Assembly (NCBI GenBank): GCA_965249025.1
Contig: OZ252215.1
Location: 1,471,783 to 1,535,782, forward strand
Origin: Dehalococcoidia bacterium
GTDB taxonomy: Bacteria; Chloroflexota; Dehalococcoidia; Lucifugimonadales; CAYTFF01
Direction of reading: 5' to 3'
DNA length: 64,000 nucleotides
Below, piece after piece: positions 30,494-39,673 of this stretch. A model generated the notes under the pieces. That model did no database searches. It saw only the letters and a program-made list of their open reading frames with translations, and had not been told where the DNA came from. The position numbers were made by a program, and so were the translations under genes. Each line of letters opens with the position of its first letter. The first letter of the stretch is position 1.

Positions 30494-31705
30494 ATGGCAC
30501 TAGACCTGAACAAAACGGCGACACAGATAGGCGAGATGGCGACTCGTATCAGGGAGCGTCGTAGCGACTGGGAGACTCGGTTGCAGACGGCATCGAGAAC
30601 CCTCGCGGTGGTCGAGGCTTCCTTCATTGAAGAGAAGCGTCAACAGAGCAAGGTCGAGGAGACGTGGCTGGTGCCTGAGGTATCAGGAAGCGTAAGCGGA
30701 CACTATACGCCTCCGCCGTTGCCGCCGGACTTTTCCGTGCTGGCCGTAGACGGGTCGCACATAGACGTGGATCGGCACACGGCGGCCCGCTGCTACCTGA
30801 TTAACATCGGCGGTTGTACGTTTACCTACGGCTCAGAATCAGACGCCACGCTATTCAGCAGGCCCAGGCTTTACGCCGACGATGAAGACCTGGTCATCCG
30901 CAGCCCTGAAACGGCTACAAGGGAACAGATAGTTGAAGGGGCTGTGCTGGGATTCAAGCGGACGGTTGAGGAGATAATGGCGCTGGCCCAACTGGCTGGA
31001 GCGTTGCCGCTAGACACGCCAACGCTAGCTCTGATAGACGGCTCGCTGATAATGCTGGGACTCATAGGTCAGGGATATCCAGACTTCGTCCGAGACATCT
31101 TGCTAAAGGACGGCTATATATCGGCACTGGATGAAATCAAAAGTATCGCCGAAAAGATGTCGCTAGCGCTGGCGAGCTACATTAGTCTGCCCCGCAGCAC
31201 GGAACTGATGAACGCCTTGCGAATGAAGGCATGCACCTTTGAGCGAGCCGACTGTGGGATTAACTGCCACAACAAGAGGCCAGGGCAGAGGCCGTGTGAT
31301 AGCCTGACCGGCGTATTGGACAGGGATGTTCTCCGACAGTGGCTGTCTCCTGGGGAGCGGTCCGATGTTTTCAAAAGCACTTCAAAGATAGTAAACGACT
31401 ACTACGGACAGCACCATGTACACTTCTTCTATGTGAACGTTGGAGATGAGATAGGCAGGGTTGAGATTCCAGAATGGGTGGCCCAGGACGAGGAGCTTCT
31501 CGGACTGACCCATGCCGCCATCGTTGACCAGTGCCGTAAGGGACAGGGATACCCAGTTGCTCTGATGGAGGCCCATGAGCAGGCAGTGGTGACAGGGGGA
31601 GACAGGCAGAGGTTCCAGGAGCTGGTAGACAATACCCTATGGAAGAAGCGATTGCCTGTGTACGCATCGGCGAAGAGCAAATCCAAGCGAATGAGGTGGA
31701 TGTGA
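30494..31705 (+). CDS. NurA-domain nuclease
   Basis: 403 aa. FSVLAVDGSHIDV, TLALIDGSLIM and GYPVALMEAHEQAVV match the catalytic D / DGS / H-x-x-A layout of NurA 5'-3' nucleases. There is an extra Cys-rich insert, CGINCHNKRPGQRPC. Confidence 0.75.
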   Translation: MALDLNKTATQIGEMATRIRERRSDWETRLQTASRTLAVVEASFIEEKRQQSKVEETWLVPEVSGSVSGHYTPPPLPPDFSVLAVDGSHIDVDRHTAARCYLINIGGCTFTYGSESDATLFSRPRLYADDEDLVIRSPETATREQIVEGAVLGFKRTVEEIMALAQLAGALPLDTPTLALIDGSLIMLGLIGQGYPDFVRDILLKDGYISALDEIKSIAEKMSLALASYISLPRSTELMNALRMKACTFERADCGINCHNKRPGQRPCDSLTGVLDRDVLRQWLSPGERSDVFKSTSKIVNDYYGQHHVHFFYVNVGDEIGRVEIPEWVAQDEELLGLTHAAIVDQCRKGQGYPVALMEAHEQAVVTGGDRQRFQELVDNTLWKKRLPVYASAKSKSKRMRWM

Positions 31706-32295
31706 CACAAGAGCAGGCTCAGCGGGTAGGTGAGGTGGTAGAGGCGTCGACTGGGGAGTTCACGGCCCAGTGCTACCGATTATACGAAGCGCCAAAACTG
31801 GGATCTCTGATTCGCACAGGCAGCGATGACCCCGTATATGGCGTGGTATACGACATTGTAACGCAGGGCATTGACCCCGGACGCAGGCCTATTGCAATGG
31901 GAGAAGACGAGGCCACAGAAGAGGCAGTATATCAGAGCAATCCACAGATTACGCAGTTGCTGCGTACCGATGTGCACGCACTGGCCATAGGCTACAAGAA
32001 CGGGACGTCCATCCGGCAAAGTCTACCGCCGGTGCCGCCTAGAATTCACTCCTTTGTGTATCAGTGCTCGCCACAAGAGATGGCGGAGTTCACGTCGGCG
32101 CTGGACTTCTTGTCGTTGCTGCTGGACGCCAGGATAACTGCATCTGACCAGGTGATAACAGCGTTCTTGAAGGAGTCCAGCGAAGCCCACGAGGACGGCA
32201 GAGAGTTCCTGGTACTGGCAGGTAAGGAGTTGGCGTTTTTGCTAAGTAGACAGATGCAGCGACTCAACACCATCCTACGGGGGCTTGCGGTATGA
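31702..32295 (+). CDS. hypothetical protein, HAS-barrel-like N-terminus (middle gene of the NurA/HerA operon)
   Basis: ORF track 31639-32295. I prefer GTG 31702, whose GTGA overlaps the NurA stop, because the ATG at 31639 would overlap NurA by 67 nt. RVGEVVEASTGEFTAQCYRLYEAPKLGSLIRT...VYGVVYDIV looks like the small beta-barrel at the N-terminus of HerA/F1-ATPases. No NTPase or nuclease motif is visible. Confidence 0.6.
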   Translation: MTQEQAQRVGEVVEASTGEFTAQCYRLYEAPKLGSLIRTGSDDPVYGVVYDIVTQGIDPGRRPIAMGEDEATEEAVYQSNPQITQLLRTDVHALAIGYKNGTSIRQSLPPVPPRIHSFVYQCSPQEMAEFTSALDFLSLLLDARITASDQVITAFLKESSEAHEDGREFLVLAGKELAFLLSRQMQRLNTILRGLAV

Positions 32296-33947
32296 ACAGT
32301 GACTCCTTTGAGCAGACGATGGGCGCGCCCCTGGGCATGGTGGTTTCTGGGTCGCTGACGCAGGGGATGGAGGTGAAGCTGGATCCGTCGACGTCTGTGG
32401 AGGACGTGAAAGTAGGCACCTTCGTCACGATACAGGGAGAGCGGCTGCGGTTCTTCGGGCAAGTGACTGAGGTCGGTCTGGAGTCGACGGATCCCAACAT
32501 GAGGCTAGCCCCTCCGGATGTGTCGAACCCGTTTGTCGCTGAGGTGGTGTCGGGCACTACGGCCTACGGGGTCATCAAGGTGCTGCCGATGCTAACCATC
32601 TCCGGCGACCCGATGTCGATGCTGGAGGGGCCGCAGCCAGCCAAGACCGTTCCGGCCCACTTCTCGCGGGTGCACACGGCATCGGAGCGGGATATCGAGC
32701 TGGTCTTCGGGAAGGAGGACGAGCGCCACTTCTGGATAGGCAACCCGCTGGACATGGAGACCAAGGTCTGCCTGAACCTGGAAGAGTTCGTCAAGCGGAG
32801 CAATGGAGTCTTCGGGAAGAGCGGCACGGGCAAGACTTTCCTCACTCGGCTGCTGCTGCTGGGGATACTGCAGAGCGGGCTGGCATCGAACCTGGTGTTC
32901 GACATGCATAGCGAGTACGGCTGGAAGGGATACAGGGAAGGCGGCACCGAGGTGAAGGGAATGAAGCAGCTCTTTCCGTCGAAGGTGGCGGTGTTCTCCC
33001 TGGACGAGGAGAGTTCTCTGAGGAAGGGGCTGTCGCCGGACTACGTGGTGCGCATCGGGTACGACGAGATCGAGCCAGATGACATCGAGATGCTGTCGGA
33101 GACGCTGAACCTGACGGAGAACGCGGCCCAGGCGACCTATCGGCTGGTGAGGAAGTTCGGGTCTAGGAAGTGGCTGTCGTCGTTCCTGGCAATCGAGTCG
33201 AGGGAGGAACTGAACTCGCTGGCGTCGGAGCTAGGCGAGCACGAGGGGACGATATCGTCGCTGAGAAGGAGACTGGAACGGTTCAGGAGATTCGGGTTCA
33301 TCGATGAGAAGTCGGGGCACGACGCCGTGGGCAACATACTGCGGTATCTGGAGCGGGGGATGCACGTGGTGCTGGAGTTTGGACGGTACGGGAACGACCT
33401 GGCGGCGTACATGCTGGTGGCGAACCTGCTGACCAGGCGGATACACGAGCGGTATGTGCATATGAGTGAGTCGGCGATGGGCGAGCAGGGGCAGGAGCCT
33501 CGGCCGCTGGTGATCACAATAGAGGAGGCCCACAAGTTCCTCTCGCCGCACCTGGCGGGACAGACCATCTTCGGGAGCATAGCCAGGGAGATGCGGAAGT
33601 ACAACGTAACGCTGCTGGTGGTGGACCAGAGGCCCAGCGGGATCGACGAGGAGGTCATGAGCCAGGTGGGGACTCGGATTACGTGCCTGCTAGACAACGA
33701 GCGGGACACGGACGCGGTGCTGATGGGGCAGGCCGGCGCGAGGGAGTTGAAGGCGGTTCTGGCGAGGCTGGAGAGCAAGCAACAGGCACTGATATTCGGG
33801 CACTCGGTGCCGATGCCGATAGTGGTGCAGACGCGGGAGTACGGGTCGGCGGAGAGCTATAAGGAGTTCGGGTTCCGGGAGGCATCGGAGCTGAAGGCTC
33901 AGATGGAGAAGGACGTGGATGACCTCTTCGGGCCGCAGGAGGGGTAG
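32292..33947 (+). CDS. HerA-like (DUF87/FtsK-class) hexameric ATPase/translocase
   Basis: 551 aa with an ATGA overlap onto the upstream ORF. The N-terminal barrel is VKVGTFVTIQGERLRFFGQVTEV. Walker A FGKSGTGKTFL, Walker B LVITIEEAHKF and LLVVDQRPSGIDEEVMSQVGTRI follow. Confidence 0.8.
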   Translation: MNSDSFEQTMGAPLGMVVSGSLTQGMEVKLDPSTSVEDVKVGTFVTIQGERLRFFGQVTEVGLESTDPNMRLAPPDVSNPFVAEVVSGTTAYGVIKVLPMLTISGDPMSMLEGPQPAKTVPAHFSRVHTASERDIELVFGKEDERHFWIGNPLDMETKVCLNLEEFVKRSNGVFGKSGTGKTFLTRLLLLGILQSGLASNLVFDMHSEYGWKGYREGGTEVKGMKQLFPSKVAVFSLDEESSLRKGLSPDYVVRIGYDEIEPDDIEMLSETLNLTENAAQATYRLVRKFGSRKWLSSFLAIESREELNSLASELGEHEGTISSLRRRLERFRRFGFIDEKSGHDAVGNILRYLERGMHVVLEFGRYGNDLAAYMLVANLLTRRIHERYVHMSESAMGEQGQEPRPLVITIEEAHKFLSPHLAGQTIFGSIAREMRKYNVTLLVVDQRPSGIDEEVMSQVGTRITCLLDNERDTDAVLMGQAGARELKAVLARLESKQQALIFGHSVPMPIVVQTREYGSAESYKEFGFREASELKAQMEKDVDDLFGPQEG

Positions 33948-34060
33948 GCAGTCGCTGAGGGCACCGCACCCTAAAGGGCACGGCACCTGGGATAGTGGTC
34001 TGAACGGTCTTGGTTGTTTTCAAGCTGCAAGGGGTTGTTTTTCCATTTTTATTTTTTGGG

Positions 34061-34089
34061 CCTATCTGATTTCACGGACGTCAGATAGG
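34061..34089. other. perfect 9-bp inverted repeat (CCTATCTGA-11 nt-TCAGATAGG) downstream of herA
   Basis: Read directly from the sequence. T-rich sequence follows. It could be the operon terminator or a protein-binding site. Confidence 0.4.
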
Positions 34090-34568
34090 AGAGTTTCGGG
34101 TTGTTTTTCTCGTCGGAACAGGTGTGCTGCCTGACTTGATTGCCACATTACTGCTCCTATTTAGTACGGTTACGGCCATGTTTGCTGTCATTTCTGTCGA
34201 GTTTTTCGCCTGTTTTTCTTTACCACGTTTTTGGGCACTTTTGCAGGGTACTCCCTGCACCCATTCCGATGGATCGGGACTGCCGCTCTGGTAATGCTGA
34301 CGATGATTTCCCACCCAAGACCCGCCCTCGGTATGTTTTGGGATGCGAGGGCACATCCCTCGCTCTCCCTGCCCCTTCGACTATGCTCAGGGTAAACTCC
34401 TATGGCTCTGTCCTCTCTGGACACACCCGTTGAGATGCTGGATACGCTTTTATTGTAAGGCGTGATGGGGGTTATGGGGGAGGGGAAGGTGGCGGAGAGG
34501 GGTACTACTCTGGACCCGCGAGGTTGCCAGTCAGAACTGTTGAGGGAACCTTAAGGTGCAGAAGCACG

Positions 34569-37500
34569 CTACTCCAATGAGGGGAGGGATTTCACGATTT
34601 TTACTGTCTCTAAACTAATTACCTTGCCGATTAGACGCACGATGTACTCAGGGTCGTCCGAGCGGTTGGGGTCGTTGACAATGCCGCTCCGCTTATCCGT
34701 TTTTACCTGATACTGGTCAATTATCCACTCAAGGGCTGAACGGTTGCCCAGGCGGTACTCGAAGGCAGCGGCTGGGATGCCACCCAGAGTCAGGAAATCA
34801 TTGTAGACAAGCTGCGTCTTGTCTTTGGAGAGCTTCATCTTTTCCACTCGCCAGTTCAGCGGGACGTCCTTGTTCTCCAGCCACTGAAGAGGATATTCCG
34901 CCTGCTCCTCGTAGTCCGAGTGTAGCTCCGCCAACCTGGCTCCCGCTTGGGCGAATCTGCGGAAACCTGACGCAAAGGGTATGCGCGGTAGCTCCCTTTT
35001 CAAGTTGGCGGCATACTTCTCCCTGTATTGTGGATGGTGCAGCAGGCCATAGACGTAATGGAAGATGTCCCACTTGGAGACGCCGTCATCCTTGTAGTGG
35101 GTCCGAAACTCCTCCAGCGCCCAGTCTGTAATGTTCTCTCGCCGGTTTCTGCCGTCCTCACCGTAAGTGTAGAAGGGAAAGCATTGCGTGGCATCGATTG
35201 AGGTCAGCGCCACGTTAGGAATAAGACTCGCACAGAGACACCAGTAATTTGACCGTCCACCTAGACTGGGGGCACAAATCAGACGGTTTTCGTTTTCACT
35301 CCGGTTGGTAGGGAATATACGAGGGAGCTGATAAATATCCTCGTTGAATACACGCTCAAAATAATAGAATTGCACACAGAATGGACGATACAGCGCCTTA
35401 CGAATCCGAGTGTTGTCAAATTCTACTCCTTCATTGCGCAATAAGCTTCTCTTTGTATGCCTAATCCACTTTAGAACCTTTTCATTAATATCTAGAATCT
35501 CGTCAAGATTGCTTGGCTGTCCTTTGCGTCTCCATCTATTAAGTCCTTCACGGTAAGCCTCTACCATTTTCAGTGCAGTTGTTCGTAGTAACTTACTGTC
35601 AAAGCTGTATACGTACGAGTCATTATTGCTTTTGACTCCATTGCTGAACGAAGTAAAGATAGCTTGAACATTAGCCAACCTTTTGTTAGCCTTATCTCCC
35701 ATTAACAAGAGGACTCGAACTCGGGTCTCATGCCTTCGGTCAGCCAAGTATGCTTTGTGTCAGGAGTAATCTCTGTCCAGTCAATTCCGCCCAGAGAAGT
35801 CTTCTCGTCCAGGAAATCGTACTTTTCCTTCTTGCGCCAGAATTCGTCCAGACGGGCATAGTAAATTCTTGCCTGTCTGGGTTCATCGGTCTTCCGTTTG
35901 ATGAAGAGGTTAATGCTTACTCCAATCTGAATCCCGAATACATTGTGCGTTGTGCCTGATAGTTTTGGGTTCTTCCTTACATTCCCGCCCAGGTCCAGAA
36001 TGTAGATAGCGTCAAAATCATCTTCTAGATGCCTTCTTACTCCATCAAATGCTATCCCTTCGATAAAGCTGTTATTAGTTACAAAGGCTACAATCCCTTC
36101 ATCGTTTACTCTATCGGAAGCAAAACGGATTGCTTTTACGTATGGGTCACTTAATTGATTCAATAAGGTAGCGGTGGAGTCCCTGGAATAGGTCTTGGCA
36201 ACGTGTTTATCCATTTCTTTATACTTGCGGTTCTTGTTGTTGTCATTCTCATTTACCTGACCGGCGTTATAGGGTGGGTTCCCGATGACGACAAAGATTG
36301 GTGCTCTTTTCTGGCGTTCCACCCGCGCCGTGTTTTCCTCAGTGAACAGCGGGAGTTGCTTCCCTTCGGCCAGCTCGAATGTATCCACCAGGCAGATACC
36401 CTCAAAGGGCTGGTAAGAGCCTGTGAGTTCATAGTATTCGTGTTCAATATTCATGGAGGCGATGTAGTAGGGCAACAGCATGACCTCGTTGCAGTGAAGC
36501 TCGTTGGCGTACTTGTAGGGCAGTCTGGATTTCTGCATCTCCCGCATTACCCGCACCATGAAACTGCCTGTGCCCACAAAGGGGTCGATAGTATGAACGC
36601 CTTCATCCGAAAATGAGCGGCCAAATCCCTCGTGGAGGATCTCCTCCACCGATTTGACCATGAAGCTCACGATGGGCTGTGGCGTGTACACGATGCCGTG
36701 GGTGTCGGCCACCTTGACCGAGAAACCCTGGAAGAACTTCTCGTAGACAGTGTTCAAGAAGCTCTGCTTCTGGGTGAAGTCATCGATAGTGGCGGCGGTA
36801 GATTCAATGGCACCATAGAAGCGGTCGAGGGATTTCAGAAATTCGTGGCGACTGAAGGACTGCGAGGTCAAGGCCAGAATGACCTTCTCGATTTCGTGGG
36901 CGATAACGTTGCGTTCCACAAAGTCGGGGTTGTTGAACACCTTGCGGAAGATACGCTCCGTTAGCAGGTGCTGAATGAGCATCTCTTCTATGGCCTGAGT
37001 GGAGATGTTGGGGTTGATGGTCTGGCGGCAGAGATTTGAAAAATCTTCGAAGGCCTGAATGAATTGCTGATTGCTGGAACGCTCCTTTTCGATGAGTTGA
37101 ATCAGTCCTTCGGCCAATTCCGGGACCTTGAGTTTGAACTCCTCGACAGCTTGTCCAAACTGCTCATAGGCAGGCGGCTGATAAGCAAAGAAAGTCTTCA
37201 AAGCCTCTATGAGACGTTCCGGCTGGGCGATAGTTCCGTCGAAGACCTGTCTGGAGTCCTGCCAGATGACTATTCGATTGGGAGCCTGAAAGAGAATGTT
37301 GTCCTTAGGGTATCCGACAGCGAACTTCTTCTTGATTTCCTTGTCCAGATCGTCGCTGCTGTCTTTGGCCTCCCAGTAGCCATGAACCAGCTTGAAGCCG
37401 TCCACAACGGCGCCATCGACGCGGATGGGGTGGCCGTTGCGTTTGACGGAGTGTTGCTCAAGCAGCGTCCAAGCGAATTGGCGGGCGCAGTGACGCAGCA

Positions 37501-37657
37501 GGGCTGCAAACGCAGGGGAAACAGCGCCCTCATGAGACGTGTCAAGGGTGGCAAGATTGCTCAGGGTATCGTAGTAGTCTTTGACTGCCTTGTGGCTTGG
37601 TTTGAGATTCAGTGTGTCCCTAGGTTGTCTTTCCGACGCACCTTGAAGTGCGATTAG
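34569..37657 (-). pseudogene. type ISP / YeeA-like N6-adenine DNA methyltransferase with a Type_ISP C-terminal specificity domain, frameshifted and lacking a canonical start
   Basis: ORFs 35702-37405 (motif I DPFVGTGSF, motif IV VIGNPPYNAGQ) and 34569-35747 (ENITDWALEEFRTHY...IFHYVYGLLHHPQYREKYAANLKRELPRIP) overlap by 46 nt in different frames. The join reads EFESSC* versus LLMGDKANK. My hand translation shows the homologous N-terminus (LKPSHKAVKDYYDTLSNLATLDTSHEGAV...) continuing 84 codons upstream of GTG 37405 to a stop at 37658-37660, with no ATG/GTG/TTG among them. Confidence 0.75.
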
Positions 37658-37712
37658 CTATCGCAGTTTTATCCGATGGCGGCTGATGTGTCAAGGGTTG
37701 GGGTGGGAAGAA

Positions 37713-37755
37713 ACACCCCCTCTCTAACTCTCCCCCATAAAGGGGGCGAGAAGGG
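37713..37755 (+). repeat. hairpin repeat module CACCCCCTCTCT(A/G)ACTCTCCCCC-ATAA-AGGGGGCGAGAA
   Basis: The same module recurs at 39591-39625, 39937-39969, 46589-46607 (partial), 48519-48550 and 48868-48910. Confidence 0.75.
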
Positions 37756-37765
37756 CACACTACCC

Positions 37766-37903
37766 CAGATGCTTCGTCGGCGAGAGGCATTATAAAGCGG
37801 TTGGGTTTAACAGACTCCTCCTTCGGTCGCCGACGCTCCATAGCTTTAGCGACGGAGCGGGGGACGGAGTCCTCCCTTCGGCGGACAAAGTCCTCAGCAG
37901 GAC
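37766..37903 (+). repeat. structured interspersed repeat, copy A (long variant)
   Basis: CAGATGCTTCGTCGGCGAGAGGCAT...AACAGACTCCTCCTTCGG[extra hairpin CGCTCCATAGCTTTAGCGACGGAGCG]GGGGACGGAGTCC...GGACAAAGTCCTCAGCAGGAC aligns with copies B, C and D. Its 3' end overlaps the stop region of the HxlR gene. Confidence 0.8.
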
Positions 37904-38319
37904 CCGCCTGCGGCAGGCTGGGCGGGAGATTCCTCTACCTCAACCCAAGAGTCCGCCCATTTTTGAACCGCTTCAACAATCCCCTTTAGATCGGCTCCTT
38001 TGGGCGTCAAAGCATATTCCACGGCAACCGGGCGGTCCGTATGGACTTTGCGCTCAATGACCCCGACCTCTTCTAACTCCTTTAGACGTTCAGAGAGCAA
38101 GCGATCGCTTATGTCTCCTATGTAGGAGGCTATCTGGGCAAACCGACGAGGTCTGTCGACCAGTGCGCGCAGGATAAGTCCCGTCCACCTTTTGCCAAGG
38201 AGGTTTGTTGTCCACTTGTACCGGGGACACATATGCTCAAAGCTCATATCTTCATTCGCAGCCATAGACAGAATCAATACTAATACTAAATTAGCTGCTT
38301 GCCAAGAGTAATTCGGCAT
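37894..38319 (-). CDS. HxlR-family winged-helix transcriptional regulator
   Basis: CPRYKWTTNLLGKRWTGLILRAL...FAQIASYIGDISDRLLSERLKELEEVGVIERKV is the HxlR core. The start may be internal (MSFEHMCP). The last few codons lie inside repeat copy A. Confidence 0.8.
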   Translation of the reverse strand: MPNYSWQAANLVLVLILSMAANEDMSFEHMCPRYKWTTNLLGKRWTGLILRALVDRPRRFAQIASYIGDISDRLLSERLKELEEVGVIERKVHTDRPVAVEYALTPKGADLKGIVEAVQKWADSWVEVEESPAQPAAGGSC

Positions 38320-38402
38320 GTTATTCTATAATTACTAAAAGTAACGAGCTACCTATATATTAGCATATAGGGCTTCAATCCAATCACAATGAAGGAGAGA
38401 TA

Positions 38403-38819
38403 ATGCCAGACTGGAAAGAAATGAGCAAAGAGACCATTAAAGAATTTCGAGACAACGGAGGTAAGGTGGGTGGATTCTTTGAAGGCGCCCCCCTGCTGCT
38501 GATTACGACCAAGGGTGCCAAGACAGGTAACTCACATACGACGCCGGTGATGTACCTACCTGATGGAGATCGCCAGGTCATATTCGCCACCAAGGCAGGC
38601 GCGCAGGAGAATCCCGCCTGGTACCATAACCTCCTGGCTGAACCCACGGTGACAGTCGAAGTAAGGGAAGAAACATTCACAGCTAAAGCCGGAGTTGCCA
38701 ACCGTGAAGAGCGCGACCGGCTTTACGGCAAGCAGGCAAGCATATATCCGCAGTTTGCTGAGTATGAGACGAAGACAACCCGAAAGATACCTGTCGTTGT
38801 TCTGGAGAGAAAAAGCTAA
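38403..38819 (+). CDS. nitroreductase-family deazaflavin (F420H2)-dependent oxidoreductase (DUF385/Ddn-like)
   Basis: 138 aa. GAKTGNSHTTPVMYLPDGDRQVIFATKAGAQENPAWYHNLLAEPTVTVEV is the family core. It is divergent from the HxlR gene. Confidence 0.8.
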   Translation: MPDWKEMSKETIKEFRDNGGKVGGFFEGAPLLLITTKGAKTGNSHTTPVMYLPDGDRQVIFATKAGAQENPAWYHNLLAEPTVTVEVREETFTAKAGVANREERDRLYGKQASIYPQFAEYETKTTRKIPVVVLERKS

Positions 38820-39015
38820 ATTCCCGGCCTGGATCCCTTTCCAGACATTTGGAATCTTAGAATTACGGCCCTACCTCGAAGGCGTTGAGGATGACGGCGA
38901 GGGCGCTGTAGTGTCCGACGGTGACCTTCGTAGACCGCTGAAGTGCTCAGATGACAGCCCTCTCCCCAAAAGGCTAGAATAGACCTCAAATGCTGTTGCA
39001 AACTGAGGGTCTCGC

Positions 39016-39492
39016 TTGTCAGTAGATACGAAAACCATTGCTGAGTCGATCAAGAATCTCGCCCGTGCGATCAAATCCCTTCGCGCCGCTGAGGTAATCC
39101 GCTCCCGTTACCTGTTTGCGGAGCTGGGCGAGTGGTACGTAGAGCAACTCTATGAAGCTGAAAGAAGGCGGGACTCTGGACGTAAGGGGTCAGACCTACG
39201 GCTCCCTAACGGAGCTGTCGTGTTGGTCGAGACGAAGTCCTATGACCCAAAGAATCGCTGGAGCTTCCTGGAGTTCAACACGAACCTATTTGACCGGCTC
39301 ATCCTCGTGATTCTGACCGACGATCTGACTGTTCGCGACCTCTACGATGTTCCAATCACCGATTTCATCAGAGTGCTGAGAGGGGGACAGGAGGACATGC
39401 CTTCTTACTACTGGGACGATTTAACGCCGTGGCGCGTGGATGCCACGAAGTTTCCAGGCTACTCAGCGATTTCTGGGCTCATCGAAGGCTGA
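39016..39492 (+). CDS. hypothetical protein with a PD-(D/E)xK-like nuclease motif
   Basis: 158 aa with a TTG start. ELGEWYVEQLYEAE...KGSDLRLPNGAVVLVETKSY fits D-x(n)-E-x-K spacing. No neighbouring methyltransferase is intact. It is flanked by repeats. Confidence 0.45.
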   Translation: MSVDTKTIAESIKNLARAIKSLRAAEVIRSRYLFAELGEWYVEQLYEAERRRDSGRKGSDLRLPNGAVVLVETKSYDPKNRWSFLEFNTNLFDRLILVILTDDLTVRDLYDVPITDFIRVLRGGQEDMPSYYWDDLTPWRVDATKFPGYSAISGLIEG

Positions 39493-39673
39493 AGGCTGCC
39501 AGAGCGCTGGATGGCATCACACTTCCACCCCGATAGATCGAGGGCAGGCCCAGTATGACCCTTCGACATTGCTCAGGGCGAGCGGGAGACGCCCTCTCTC
39601 TGACTCTCCCTATCTAGGGGCGAGGATATCCGTTTCGCTCAAGGTGAGTGGTGGATTGGAGGGGCGATGCGAT

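Noticed and set aside
32061-34023. Minus-strand ORFs across the HerA gene (32264-32557, 32564-32947, 33137-33778, 33679-34023)
   Set aside because: They show high-GC antisense artefacts (Pro/Arg/Ser-rich). The plus-strand HerA frame carries Walker A/B motifs and continuous coding signal.
34081-34433. ORFs 34081-34356(-), 34140-34433(+) and 34188-34424(-) in the herA-MTase gap
   Set aside because: They overlap one another in three frames, have low-complexity translations and lack an SD sequence. I treat the region as non-coding or decayed (see the finding on this gap).
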